64,000 bases of DNA. Origin: a virus (Duplodnaviria; Caudoviricetes). The notes under the pieces are model-generated. The model saw only the letters and a list, made by a program, of their open reading frames with translations. It was not told where the DNA came from and searched no databases. The stretch lies in the IMG/VR virus record IMGVR_UViG_3300046516_001034, positions 899-64,898 of that record, one strand, 5' to 3'. The translations under genes were made by a program, and so were the position numbers. Shown in pieces: positions 49,292 to 60,118 of this stretch (positions are counted from its first letter, which is position 1; every line of letters starts with the position of its first letter).

Positions 49292-51187
49292 CTACCCACA
49301 TGTGAACTCTTCCATCTCGCCAAAATTCTTTCCCAGTTTTACCTCGGCATTCAGAGGGAGCCCCTCGGCCCACGGCGCATTGCGCCGCATCTCGCCCAGC
49401 GCCACCAGCGCCATCGTTTGCGCGTACTCGTCTGGCACGCAGTGCACATTTTCGTCGTGCACGTTGAGAAGCACTCTCGGATCAGGTATGCCGTACTCAC
49501 GCGCGCGTAGCTCGGTGTTGATGCCTGCTTCCACCACATGCTGCCGGTCCAAGTGCTGCACCACGTTCTCCACCATCTTGCCGCCATAAATCTTCTTGGT
49601 GAACTGGCCGTATTTGTACCAATACTCGCGCTGGTCGTCCATGTGCAAATCATGGTAGTATAACCTTAAACCGCCGGGACTTATGATAGTTGTGCCATCC
49701 ACCACGCACGGCCCGATCTGCATGCCGTTCGCTTCGCCCTTAACCATCAATCCCAATACCCATCCCATTGTATTCCAGTAAGCTTTGATATGCTTAAACT
49801 GCGAGCGGTACACCTGCACCCAGTTGTCGCAACTCTCGGGAGTAACCCAGCTTATATCGATATTTTGATCGCGCGCCAAGTTGGTGATCGTATAGAGTAA
49901 CTTCTTGGCGCTCATGCCGAAACCCAAACCCAAGATGCAAGTTTTGCCTACGAACCGTTGAGTTTTACTTATCTCGCGCGCGTCTTTCACCTGAAAGATT
50001 TCAGCGGCAAAGTTTCTATAGACATCATCGCCGTTAGCGAACTGCTGTAGTAAATCCATTTCCCCCGCCAGCCACGCGGTGAGCCGCGCCTCGATCTGCG
50101 CTGCGTCTACGGCAACAATCGTGTACCCGGGCGGCGCGATGATCGCAGTGCGTATCTCCTTGCCCTTGCGCGCCCCAAGGTTCTGCATGTTGAGCTTCCA
50201 GTCGCCTGAGTACCTGTGAGTGTGCGCGCCTGAGTATCGCAACGGGCATGGCAGCAGGGGCGCATCGAGCATGTTGCTGGCGCAGGTGGCGATATTAAAT
50301 AACCTTTGTGAGCGAGTGACTTCTATCGTGCTTTTCACTCCTAACCGTGCGCCTACCAGTGTTTGCACATCCGGGTCGTCGTGCTCCAGCAGCGCAACAA
50401 ACGCCTCGTCGCTCTTGGCGAATGCGTAGGTTTCTTTATTCGTCGTGGAAGATATCTTGGTAGGCGGCTCAACGCCTAACTCTCGGAGTAACTGCGCGAA
50501 CTGTAGGTTGCTCATCAGTTCAGTGCGCTCGTGATTAACGCGCGTCAGTAGCTCGTGCTGGCGCACTAAGAGTTCTGAGATGTACGCGCTAAGAGCTTTC
50601 ATGTTGGCATGCAACTTTGGTTGCGTCGCCATACGTATTACGCGATCCATGATCAGCGCTTCACTCGGCGGAAACTCGGGCGCAAGGTGGAAGAAAATGC
50701 TCCTGCATCCCTCCACGTCGTTGAGCGTGTAGCCGGTCCACGCCATCAGTAACCCGGCATCGCGCTCCAAGTCGGCCCAATGCTTGCCGCTCATGTTGTG
50801 AATGAACTCACCCTTGGGCGGGAACCCTAAGAATTTCAATAGGTTGGCAAGCGACAAGCGACCATTGGGAACTCTATGGAGTAACAACGCCCGCGCCATA
50901 CTGAGCGTGCACAGCAATCCATCGGGGTGGATGTTGTAGCGGTAAGAAAGAACGCACGCATCGAACAGCGCGTTGTGCGAGATGGCTGCGTAGGGTTGCT
51001 TGATGCTGCGCAGAAAACCTGCTATCTCGTCCTGTTTCAACAGGAACGCGGGCTCATGCTCGATGGCGACGCCGCACCCCAATGTTTCCCAACGCTCGTC
51101 AAGGACGTACTCGATGGGCGATAGCTTGCCAAGCGTGTACGATGCTTTATCGTAGAACGTTTCCAGATCGAAGAACACGCGGATCAT
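49292..51187 (-). CDS. polA: DNA polymerase family A with 3'-5' exonuclease domain
   Basis: DLET, HNALFD exo motifs; HTHRYSG..NMQN; motif A VDAAQIEAR; motif B RFVGKTCILGLGFG; motif C VHDE. Confidence 0.9.
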   Translation of the reverse strand: MIRVFFDLETFYDKASYTLGKLSPIEYVLDERWETLGCGVAIEHEPAFLLKQDEIAGFLRSIKQPYAAISHNALFDACVLSYRYNIHPDGLLCTLSMARALLLHRVPNGRLSLANLLKFLGFPPKGEFIHNMSGKHWADLERDAGLLMAWTGYTLNDVEGCRSIFFHLAPEFPPSEALIMDRVIRMATQPKLHANMKALSAYISELLVRQHELLTRVNHERTELMSNLQFAQLLRELGVEPPTKISSTTNKETYAFAKSDEAFVALLEHDDPDVQTLVGARLGVKSTIEVTRSQRLFNIATCASNMLDAPLLPCPLRYSGAHTHRYSGDWKLNMQNLGARKGKEIRTAIIAPPGYTIVAVDAAQIEARLTAWLAGEMDLLQQFANGDDVYRNFAAEIFQVKDAREISKTQRFVGKTCILGLGFGMSAKKLLYTITNLARDQNIDISWVTPESCDNWVQVYRSQFKHIKAYWNTMGWVLGLMVKGEANGMQIGPCVVDGTTIISPGGLRLYYHDLHMDDQREYWYKYGQFTKKIYGGKMVENVVQHLDRQHVVEAGINTELRAREYGIPDPRVLLNVHDENVHCVPDEYAQTMALVALGEMRRNAPWAEGLPLNAEVKLGKNFGEMEEFTCG

Positions 51188-51975
51188 TGTGCTGCCATTC
51201 TGATCTGACGGCGCATGAGATCGCCATACACGCCGTCATTCAACCACTTTTCTGCGATCTCCTGCATGTCGCCCACCACCATTGCGCTCACCAGCTTGTG
51301 ATCCCGCATCACACTCACTACTGAGTTTTTACCCTCTTCGCGCTGATCGGTGGAGTGCAGCATCCGGTACTGGCCCCAAAGTTGTTTCGCATTTCGCCGG
51401 ATATCGTTAATCCGCTGAGTAAGCACAGGGAAGTTATCCGGCGACTTGCGATCCTTGATGATCCGTATGTCGCGTTCGATCTGCACCTGATCGCGCTTGC
51501 GATAACCTCCAAGGAACTCCTCGTTACTCTCCACGAGCAAATCGCGCATCCACGGCAGCAGATACGCCAGCACCTTTGTCTCCAAATCCATTTCGATAAA
51601 CTTCTCAGTAATGAACACAAGCTCTTCCCACTGAGTAGCGACTTGGATGGGAAGCGCCAGCGCGCGGCCTAAGTTACTCTCGGGGGTTACCTTGCAGGTG
51701 TAGCCAGTCATCAGAAACACCGGGTACTTGATGGTAGAGTTGAAGCGAACGTACAATTTTACATCTCGCATACCATACCACGCACCCACTACGCCATGCC
51801 GAGGCGACGAATGCATGTGTTGCGCGGCTGCGCGGAAATCGCTTAACACGTTTTCGTCGTTGATCAGCCCCTCGTAAGCGTCGTCAATGGGGATATTCAC
51901 TTCAACCCGCTCGGTAACGAAGGTAGCGGCCTCTGTGAGTTTTGTTTTAAAGAACGCTTTTAGCGCGATGTGCAT
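51184..51975 (-). CDS. Hypothetical protein
   Basis: 263-aa ORF coupled to polA. Confidence 0.6.
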   Translation of the reverse strand: MHIALKAFFKTKLTEAATFVTERVEVNIPIDDAYEGLINDENVLSDFRAAAQHMHSSPRHGVVGAWYGMRDVKLYVRFNSTIKYPVFLMTGYTCKVTPESNLGRALALPIQVATQWEELVFITEKFIEMDLETKVLAYLLPWMRDLLVESNEEFLGGYRKRDQVQIERDIRIIKDRKSPDNFPVLTQRINDIRRNAKQLWGQYRMLHSTDQREEGKNSVVSVMRDHKLVSAMVVGDMQEIAEKWLNDGVYGDLMRRQIRMAAQ

Positions 51976-52033
51976 GATAGTTGATCCTGAGCAAGAGAAA
52001 AGTGTGAAGGTTTATGAGGTTTCACAGTTGCGG

Positions 52034-52164
52034 TAGACCCGCCAAGGGAACCGAACCCCATCTTGAAGGCTCATGCGCTTACGGAGAAACATGCTACCCC
52101 GTAAGTCAATGCCTAGCCGGTGCCTCCACTCCCGTTGCCGACAGTGAGCCCCTTGGCGGAGCTA
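52034..52164 (-). ncRNA. Candidate multi-stem structured RNA
   Basis: Nested helices CCGCCAAGGG/CCCTTGGCGG, GGCTCA/TGAGCC, CTTACGG/CCGTAAG in a 186-nt intergenic gap. Confidence 0.35.
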
Positions 52165-52528
52165 CGATTTCTTTGGTTGCTTGGCGCGGGCGTATTTGCC
52201 AACGCGAACTACGATCAACCGTGGATGCGTCGTGGGAACTGGTTGGTTCGGCATCGCGGATGCTTTGCCCATTGGCTTGTCAGTCGTGCCCTTGCGCCCT
52301 ATTCCTTTTACCGTTGCCATGTTACTCTCCTGAGTTACTCGCTTCCCATGCATCGAGGAATACTCTGCACTCGGGGGCGTTGGGGCGCGTCACCACGACT
52401 GAGTTACGGCGCGCATCGTTGAGCGGCAAGCTGTCGCGCCATCGCTGCGCAAGCTCGAAGTAGTGTTCGTTGTCCAACTGTGCGAACGCTTCTTGCAACT
52501 CTTTAAGTTCTTCCGTTAGATCAACCAT
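52162..52528 (-). CDS. Two small ORFs (52322-52528; 52162-52320 basic)
   Basis: GGAG SDs; junction formed by dispersed motif. Confidence 0.5.
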
Positions 52529-52529
52529 A

Positions 52530-53897
52530 TCACGCCTCCTCTGCCTGCGGCGGCACGATAACCACCTCGCCGAATGGTGGCGGCGAACTCTTCGCCCACG
52601 CCTCGTCAACGCAACCCCACACCACGGGATAGCGTGGCTTCTGTGCGGGAAACGATCCCATCAGATCGGTGAGGTATATAAGTAAATCCGGCTCAAGTCC
52701 TTCTTTCTCGATCCGTTCGAACACTGGCTCGAATGCCGTGCCGCCGCCGCCCTTGAGCTTGCGGTTCGCCAAATCATCCGTGCCGTTGATTTCCTCCCAC
52801 TCCTGTATCTGCGCGTCGCACTGCACGAAGATGATCCTGCGCGGTCGCGCTTGCTCCATCAGCGCCGTCGTTTCGGTAAGGAACACATCGAGCGTGCGCT
52901 GGGATATGCTGCCGCTGGTATCCGCTGCGATCACCACAAGGTTGCAACCATAGCTAGTGCGTCCCGGTGCGCCCACCTTGCGATACGCCAGTTGCTGCTC
53001 CAAGCGATCCCAAGTGTAGCGGTCATTCCCCACTTTCTTGCTTACTGCAAGCATGTACAGGTCGCGCCAATCCGCTTTCGGTTGCAGGCGCTTACCGAAC
53101 AGGCGCTCAAGGTTCGCTGGCAACTGCCCGCGCAGCTTGGCGCTTTCCATCGCCGCTTGGATTGTCGTGTCCCATTCGCTCTGCGAGCGCTCGCTGATCG
53201 CTTTGTTCGCGCCCTTGCCGGTCGCCTTGCCGGGCTCGACCAATTGGTCAAAGCTCTTGCCCGATCCAGCGCCCGCGTCGTTGCCTTGCGCGTCGGTGCT
53301 GCGCTGGGTATTGGGTGACGGCTTGGGATTGCCCTTCTTACCGCCATTGGCTTTCCACAGCAAGCGATAAGCGTCGAGCACGTTGATGTCGCCTGAGATA
53401 AGCGCGGGCCAGTGCAATCCGCCCTTCGGCATCTTGCCAATGCGCGCTCTCACTAATTGGTCGTTAATTACATAATCCTGTGCGATATTGAGAAGCTCAC
53501 TGTTCATAGTGAGGGTTACTCCATCAGAGTAAACCACGTGACCCTGCTTGGATAGGGTGAACATCATACCGGCATGGCCATACATGGCATGCATGATCTC
53601 ATGCGAGTTGACGAACAGTTGCTCATCGAGGGTAAGATTGAAGTAGAACTTCGGGTTCACGTACAGATACTTATCGTCGGTGGCGCAAGTTTCCACCTGA
53701 TCGGTGAACCATGCAAGCTCGCCGTCCTTGTCCGCCATCATCGCCAGCCAGATATCAGAGAAGCTGGGAACGGCCCACAGCATTGCGGCTTTGGCTTCGC
53801 TCCACTTGGTGCGCTGCACATTGCTGAGCGTGAGCTTGGGCCACTTGCCAGATGCACCGGCAACGGGCGACGCGTCGAATGCTTGGGTTGCGGGCAT
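52530..53897 (-). CDS. DUF2201-like putative metallopeptidase + vWA domain protein
   Basis: HEIMH; AQDYVIN; MIDAS AADTSGSI; GGGGTAF; YLTD. Confidence 0.85.
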   Translation of the reverse strand: MPATQAFDASPVAGASGKWPKLTLSNVQRTKWSEAKAAMLWAVPSFSDIWLAMMADKDGELAWFTDQVETCATDDKYLYVNPKFYFNLTLDEQLFVNSHEIMHAMYGHAGMMFTLSKQGHVVYSDGVTLTMNSELLNIAQDYVINDQLVRARIGKMPKGGLHWPALISGDINVLDAYRLLWKANGGKKGNPKPSPNTQRSTDAQGNDAGAGSGKSFDQLVEPGKATGKGANKAISERSQSEWDTTIQAAMESAKLRGQLPANLERLFGKRLQPKADWRDLYMLAVSKKVGNDRYTWDRLEQQLAYRKVGAPGRTSYGCNLVVIAADTSGSISQRTLDVFLTETTALMEQARPRRIIFVQCDAQIQEWEEINGTDDLANRKLKGGGGTAFEPVFERIEKEGLEPDLLIYLTDLMGSFPAQKPRYPVVWGCVDEAWAKSSPPPFGEVVIVPPQAEEA

Positions 53898-53948
53898 GTT
53901 ACTCTCCTGAGTAAGTGTAAACGTTGGGGTTGACGCTCCACCGCACTT

Positions 53949-54185
53949 CTATATCTCCATCTCCTCTTCGTCCTCTACTCTCCTGCCGAACAAAGGGATT
54001 TGCTCCTTACCCTCGCGCGACGCGGTTGACACGATGATAGTTGGCGGCGTTTTGCCCGCCATCATTGACGCTACGCCATAGAGTTGCTCGGCTGAGTTAA
54101 CCAACAGATCGATGAACGCCTTGCGGCGCTCGTCGTCGTTGGAGTTAATGTCGCACTTCAACTCGATGGTAAATACGGTGCGCAT
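53949..54185 (-). CDS. Hypothetical protein
   Basis: GGGAG SD before MRTVFTIE. Confidence 0.55.
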   Translation of the reverse strand: MRTVFTIELKCDINSNDDERRKAFIDLLVNSAEQLYGVASMMAGKTPPTIIVSTASREGKEQIPLFGRRVEDEEEMEI

Positions 54186-54310
54186 GGTATCGGGCTCCCT
54201 GATTGAAATTAGGTGTTCACTGAGCGTCAAGCTCAACGCAAGGTGCGGGAACTTCTTGCGCCGTGGCTTGTGGATAAGGTTAACCATACCGCCCGCGTGT
54301 GGATAGAGGA

Positions 54311-55420
54311 TCACTTGTCGGTAACCTTGTAGCGGTTCAGCACCGCCAGCAACGCCGCCCGCTTGCCGCACCACGCGGCGAAGTTGGGCTCGAACGCCAG
54401 CTTGTAGTTGCGCTGCACCGCCATGCGCACGAACATGATCGCATGTTCCTCCGGCATGCGGCCCATGAAGTTTAGCACCTTTGGCGCGTCCTCGATGGTC
54501 ACCCTTGCCGCCATCTTATACGACATAAGTCGCTGCGCGTCCGGTTTACTCGGCAGAGTAACCGTGGTTGGCGCAGCAATCACTTCCTCGTAGCTCTTAA
54601 GCTCCTGCCCCAAGCGTATCTTGGTGACGAACGCCGCGCATGCTGGCGCGCCAATGCCGCCCTTGATCTCTTCCTGAGTTAGCGGATCGGTGGGGATCTT
54701 ATCCACATCGAAGGAACTCATTAAACTACGCAGATGGATATCGATTTGATGAAGCGAGCGGGGCGTGCACCACGGACGCTGATCCTGCGGCTGCGGCTCA
54801 AACAGCAACTGCGGGTTATCCTCGGCAAAGGTGATCGTCTCGGGGAGAAGTTTTTCTCCCCTAGCCCAATCCGCCCACGCCTCGGCGTCATCCTGTATCT
54901 CGATCAGTATCCTGCGATTGATCAGGTGATCCAACTCGCGGGTTGACCCACTGCGATCCTGCATACGGTTGCCCGCGAACATCACCACAGTACCGGCGGG
55001 AAAGCGGTGATTACCCAGCACCTTGCTCAGTGCGGCTTCACCAACAATTTTCTTCTCATCCATCCCCAGCTTGTCAGCTTCGTCCACCAGTATGAGCACG
55101 CCGTCGTATTCATCGATAGGTTTTCCTTCCTCGGTTGTCCACCAATACGGCAGAGAGAACTTGGCTATCGCCTGTCCCTTGGCGTTGGTTTCCCAAACCA
55201 TGAACCCCATTGCGGTCATCAGGGTAAAGTTAGCGCCGTTGATAATCACCACGCCATACTTGCCGTTGGGGTCAATGCGGCGCATGAGTTTAGCGAAGCG
55301 CTTGAAGATGCTGGTTTTGCCCCTGCCCGGTGCAGAGGTAATGTAGTATGACGGCCCGCCGTCCTCCAATGCGGAATAGTAGAGGGCAGGAAGGCGAGCT
55401 TCAAGTTCGTTGAGCTTCAT
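54311..55420 (-). CDS. MoxR-like AAA+ ATPase
   Basis: SAPGRGKT, LVDE, AGNR, NR, TPRS; adjacent to vWA gene. Confidence 0.85.
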   Translation of the reverse strand: MKLNELEARLPALYYSALEDGGPSYYITSAPGRGKTSIFKRFAKLMRRIDPNGKYGVVIINGANFTLMTAMGFMVWETNAKGQAIAKFSLPYWWTTEEGKPIDEYDGVLILVDEADKLGMDEKKIVGEAALSKVLGNHRFPAGTVVMFAGNRMQDRSGSTRELDHLINRRILIEIQDDAEAWADWARGEKLLPETITFAEDNPQLLFEPQPQDQRPWCTPRSLHQIDIHLRSLMSSFDVDKIPTDPLTQEEIKGGIGAPACAAFVTKIRLGQELKSYEEVIAAPTTVTLPSKPDAQRLMSYKMAARVTIEDAPKVLNFMGRMPEEHAIMFVRMAVQRNYKLAFEPNFAAWCGKRAALLAVLNRYKVTDK

Positions 55421-55481
55421 GTTACTCTCGCTGAGTTAGTGGTGGCGCGTGATAACCCGCACGCGCCATACGGGATAAGCA

Positions 55482-57024
55482 TTAAGCTGCGTCGTTCTCC
55501 CTCCTGCTGAGAAGCCGCATGTATGCGATCACCGCGTGCCACGCCACGCGCATGCGTTGCTCACGGATATCGCCCGCTGGCAAATCGCTGGCGTTCTCGT
55601 AGTCGCTGATCAGCGTGAGCATATGCTCGTCAAGATTGAGGTACTTGCCAGCGATCTCGATGGCGCGCGAATTAAGCTTGGCGTCATTTGCCCACTTTAC
55701 CCGCTTGGCGCGGGCGATGTCACGATACGAATTGTTACTCATTTAACTGTTACTCCCATTGAGTTACCCAAATCGTGTATCACGGGTGTAAAGGGTTGTC
55801 AAGCGCTAATTTTCAAGCGTTTTACGCGCCATGCGGCATGCGGCGTTGTGCCAGCGTGAGTAGGGACCGCCGGGTTTGTCCTTGCCAAGCGCGACAAAGT
55901 ATGCAGTGTAGTTCATGCACCAATTACTGAACTCCTTGGTATACACGATTTTGTAGTCGCGCATGGTTAATTCCATCTTGCGCGCCAGCACTGGCAATGA
56001 CGGCACGCGAATGCGTTTTGTGATAGTTGACCTTTTCTCACTGCGGGCGTGCCGTTCTTCAGCTAGTTGGTTGCGCTGGCGCAAGCGCTCTAGTGCGGCA
56101 GCGATAGGATCGTCATCGCCATAATGACGAGCCAACCACAGCACTTCGTCGTCAGTTAGTTTTTTGTGTTGTTTGCTGACTAACTCTGAGCGTAGCACGC
56201 GCAACGCACGTCGTTCATCTGGTAGGTTCATTTCCGCATATCCTTCTGCTGATCCATCAAGTCATCGAGCAACATGTAGATATCTTCGTGGCTGCTGCCC
56301 ATGATGGTAAGATACTGCGCGGTGCGAATGATGCGCGTATCGCTGCAAGTGCATGGTGTGTGGAACCGTTCTTCGAATATGGCGCGCACATCGGCGCAGA
56401 ACTTAATGCGTATCGGCGTCATGATGGCGAGCGGCATGTTAATACCCAAACTCAAGCTTGGCGAGCTTGCCCTGCTTATCAAACAGGTACTTTACATAGC
56501 AATGCGAGAACGAATGCACTGCGCCGTCTTGCCCGCCCGACACTTCGATGGTCGTAAGCTCGTCCTCAACGGCAAGGCGAAAAGTGATGTTGCAACGCTT
56601 CAGCATTGCGATGATTTGATCTTCCTCGGTCATGTTACTCGTCCTGAGTTACTTGATGGCGGCGCTTGGGAACATGCGCTTCGCCGCTTTGAGCGCATCT
56701 TTCTTGGTAACGGCATAGATCACTTCATCCACGTAATGCCGCTTGGAGCGCTTGAACTTGAGGGTTAGCACGTAGCGGTGCTGGCGCTTCTTGCTCTCAC
56801 GCACCAGCTTGCCAATCATCGGCAGGTCGTCTCCGCGTTTGCGCATGTTAGCCTCGCAAGAGTATGAATGCACATATGGCAAAGCCAAGACAGAACCACA
56901 TGAACGCCTTAAAGAACCCACCGTCGCCAAATTCGCTACCGTCGTCGTGCATGATAGGTGATCCTTCTGCCAATAAAAAACCCGCGCCACCATTTGCGAT
57001 GACGCGGGTTACTCGCTCTCCCAT
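55482..57024 (-). CDS. Cluster of small early hypothetical ORFs (55482-55742, 55806-56231, 56228-56437, 56439-56633, 56649-56846, 56848-57024)
   Basis: Tightly packed, SD-bearing - strand ORFs. Confidence 0.5.
55774..55802 (-). promoter_or_regulatory. Sigma70-like promoter
   Basis: TTGACA-ACCCTTTACACCCGTGA(17)-TACACG. Confidence 0.5.
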
Positions 57025-57047
57025 GTTACTCTTGGGAGTTACACCAC

Positions 57048-57983
57048 TCACGCACGCGAAGCTTTGAACGCGGCGACGGCTGCTTTCTCTTCCTGCTTGT
57101 TGGCCTTGTCGTCAATCGCCTTGAGCTTGGCTTCGCCGTTCGGCTGCTCGGCAATCGCTTCGCGCAGCGCTTGGATAGCGCGATCCAAGTGCTCGCTCTC
57201 GATGGCTGCGCGGGTTGCGCTGCCCTTCTGCGCGGCCTTGGCGTTGGCAAGCGCGGCCTCAAGCTTCGCCATGCCATCGGGCGCGGGTTTGTCAACCGCA
57301 TCGACGCCAAGGAAGTCCTCGATCTCGTCGTCGGTCATCGGCACGCCCTTGCCGTCCTTCACCTGATGGCTGGCAACCGAAACGAGGATCGTATACGTGC
57401 TGCCCTGCATGACAGCCTTACGGTCGCCTTCGAGCATTCGCAAGTGGATGTTGCGCGCCCGACGCACGATGTCGAGCCCATCGTCCTCGTACTCGTTGCC
57501 CAACTTGATGAAGCTGCGAAGCTTGCTGAGTTGCTGCTTCTTGCTCTTCGTCTCGTCAACCTGCGCGGGCTTCTCGCTGGTTGCGGCATCCGATACTGGC
57601 GTAGTAAGATCGTCCAGCGTCGCCTTGGCGTCGGCCTTTTCCTTGAAGCGGTTATAGATGTCCTCGGCATCTTTCGGGGTAATCGAGCCCGACATGGCGG
57701 CTTCGGTGACGCGTTCGGCAAGAGCGATCAAAGAGGTTTTGCCCGCGCCATACGCCGCGCCGATCTTGCCAACGTCGCTAAGAAGCGCGCGCTTCTCGCG
57801 CACCAAGGTTTTCTCCTGCTCGCTGGCGCTAACGTTGCTAAGTTCGTCCTCCGGTTCGTCGTTGTCACTCACGGGGTTACTCCCCGGAGTAACGGCTTCG
57901 CCGTTGGTGTCGAACGCGTTCACGTCCTCGGCTTCGTCCTCAACAACAACGTCGCCAACGTTCTCAAGTTTCTGCTTTACCAT
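57048..57983 (-). CDS. Acidic/helical early protein
   Basis: AGGAG SD before MVKQKLE; promoter TTGACT-17-TAGGAT at 58040-58068. Confidence 0.65.
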   Translation of the reverse strand: MVKQKLENVGDVVVEDEAEDVNAFDTNGEAVTPGSNPVSDNDEPEDELSNVSASEQEKTLVREKRALLSDVGKIGAAYGAGKTSLIALAERVTEAAMSGSITPKDAEDIYNRFKEKADAKATLDDLTTPVSDAATSEKPAQVDETKSKKQQLSKLRSFIKLGNEYEDDGLDIVRRARNIHLRMLEGDRKAVMQGSTYTILVSVASHQVKDGKGVPMTDDEIEDFLGVDAVDKPAPDGMAKLEAALANAKAAQKGSATRAAIESEHLDRAIQALREAIAEQPNGEAKLKAIDDKANKQEEKAAVAAFKASRA

Positions 57984-58087
57984 AAGTTTACTCCTGTTTT
58001 CACCATGCGGTTTATGTGTGATCGGCACGGCAAGCGATCATCCTACGGCAGTTGATTTGTGAAGTCAACCGTAATTCTAACATTACG

Positions 58088-60118
58088 TTACACGGCGTGA
58101 ATGTGTTCATTTGGTTGCAACACGCGCGAATTGTGATAGGTGACGCGCTTTCTCCTGCACCACATGAACGTATAGCGGCCGCACTTGATGAAGTGCAGTC
58201 CGCCGATCTTACGGTAGGATACCATCATATCACTCCCAACATTGCCAAGTCCGCCGCGCCCATGACAATGCACACGGCAATACATAACACGACCAACAGC
58301 GCTTCAAGTAGTGTTCGCATATCAGAACACCTTCCACGAAACGGCATTGAGAACCATACCACGATTGAGCAAGTTCACCATTTCGTCGATGGAGTAGATG
58401 CCTTCGTACGCGACGGTCTCGTTTGCGTACACAGCAAGGCCGGTGCGATCCGCACCGAAATAAATCACGAGCATTGGTTACTCTCCTGAGTTAGCGCGCG
58501 TCGATAGCGTCCAGCCACTCGCGCATTGGCGGGCGATCCTGCATGGCGTCACAGTACTGCTCCCATGTGAACGCCTGCCAGTGCGCGTCGGGCGGCAGCG
58601 TGTCGCCCTCGTCAACCATGTCGTCGGGTTGCCACACGTCGGCAAGCCATAGCTTGTCGGTCCATCCGTCGGACGTTGTGGTGCTCATCCACCACAGCCC
58701 GGTGACGTTGTGACGGATAGCGTAATAGTGTATGTCGTGATTGGTCATGCTCACAACTCCCACTTCAGATTAAGAAGCGCGTGCATACGCCCCATGTAAT
58801 ACTGCTCGTTGGCGATATCGCCAAGCTTGGCAAAGAAATCAACCTGCGATTTCTCCCAAGCGATTTGCTTTTCAAGCTTGGCGCGCAATGCGGCGCGCAC
58901 TTTCGTTGGCATGGTCATGTGTTACTCTTCCTCTGAGTTGGGTAACTCGGGTGAGTTACCATGGTTCGGCATTGCTTGCGCGTTCTCCCATGAACCGATC
59001 CATCGGTCACGCTTAGGGCCGGGTGAATAGGGGCAATCCTCTTTGGTTAGCTTACCATAGAAGGCGTCGCGTCCTTGATCGGCACAGAATTGCAGTTCAC
59101 GATTATATTCACGTCGCTCTGCTAGCGTCTTTCGTTTGAACGGCTTCGCCGGAGCGATATTGGTTTGCTGTGATGTATACTGCTGTTCAAGCACATCATA
59201 CACAGCCATCAACTGGACAAGCTTCTCGCGCATGGGTTGCGATGGCGCGGCGCGTAATAGTCGGCGCGCGTCCTCGCGCATACGTCCAAAAACGATAGTG
59301 TGGTTAGTTGTTGGCATCTGTTCACTCCCATTGACAGTGCGATGGTATATTAAGTGTCAACAGAAGTCAATAGACTACGGAAATAATTGTAATTCGCTAG
59401 CAATATCAAGTACTTAGCAAGTATACATGTCAATATTATTCGATTGGAAGGCTGAAGGCTGGTAGAGTTGCAGGCTGTGAACACAGTACACGCCAACACG
59501 CGGCTGTGCAGTATAGTGAACAGAGCGCCATAGGAATGTCTAGAAACCTCTACTTTAATATATGTATGTTCTTGACACATATATTAAGCCATTGATATTA
59601 CAGGCTTTTTCCCTTGTGCCAAATATCCTAACCGCCCGCTGTGTATACAGACTAAGCGAATTTACCTAACAATATCAATGCGTTGGGTTTCCAGAACCCA
59701 ACGCATTGCCTGTAAACAGCCTACTGCGCGTCAATCCAGCGCTGAAGCTCATCATAGCGGCGAAGCTCATCTGCCGTGTCGCGATCCAAGTCGTCGAAGT
59801 CCTCAATCATGTTACTCACCTGAGTTACTTGCTGTAAACGTGGCGATACCCTGCCACATGGGTAGAACGACCGGGCGACGCAGCGCCCAACGTAACTGTC
59901 GCGCCTTTGACGAATGTCGTCTTATGCGCGCCAGTGCGACAACGGGTCACTTTGCGACCCGATGCAATGTAAGCCGCGATCAACTCGCTGGCGTCGATAT
60001 TGCGGCGCTCAAGCTCGCCATCGTTGATAGCGAGCTGCGCGCGATCAATCGCGTAAACCCGCGACTGAACGACAAGCTTCAGGCGCTTCTGCTGAAGCGC
60101 GCGATTGCCTTGTGCCAT
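58088..60118 (-). CDS. Small early hypothetical ORFs (e.g. 58491-58748, 58922-59317, 59825-60118)
   Basis: ORF track and SDs; several end in the TAA of the dispersed motif. Confidence 0.45.

Noticed and set aside
52034-52164. Canonical tRNA gene
   Set aside because: No proper D-arm, anticodon arm or CCA, and too long; kept only as an ncRNA candidate
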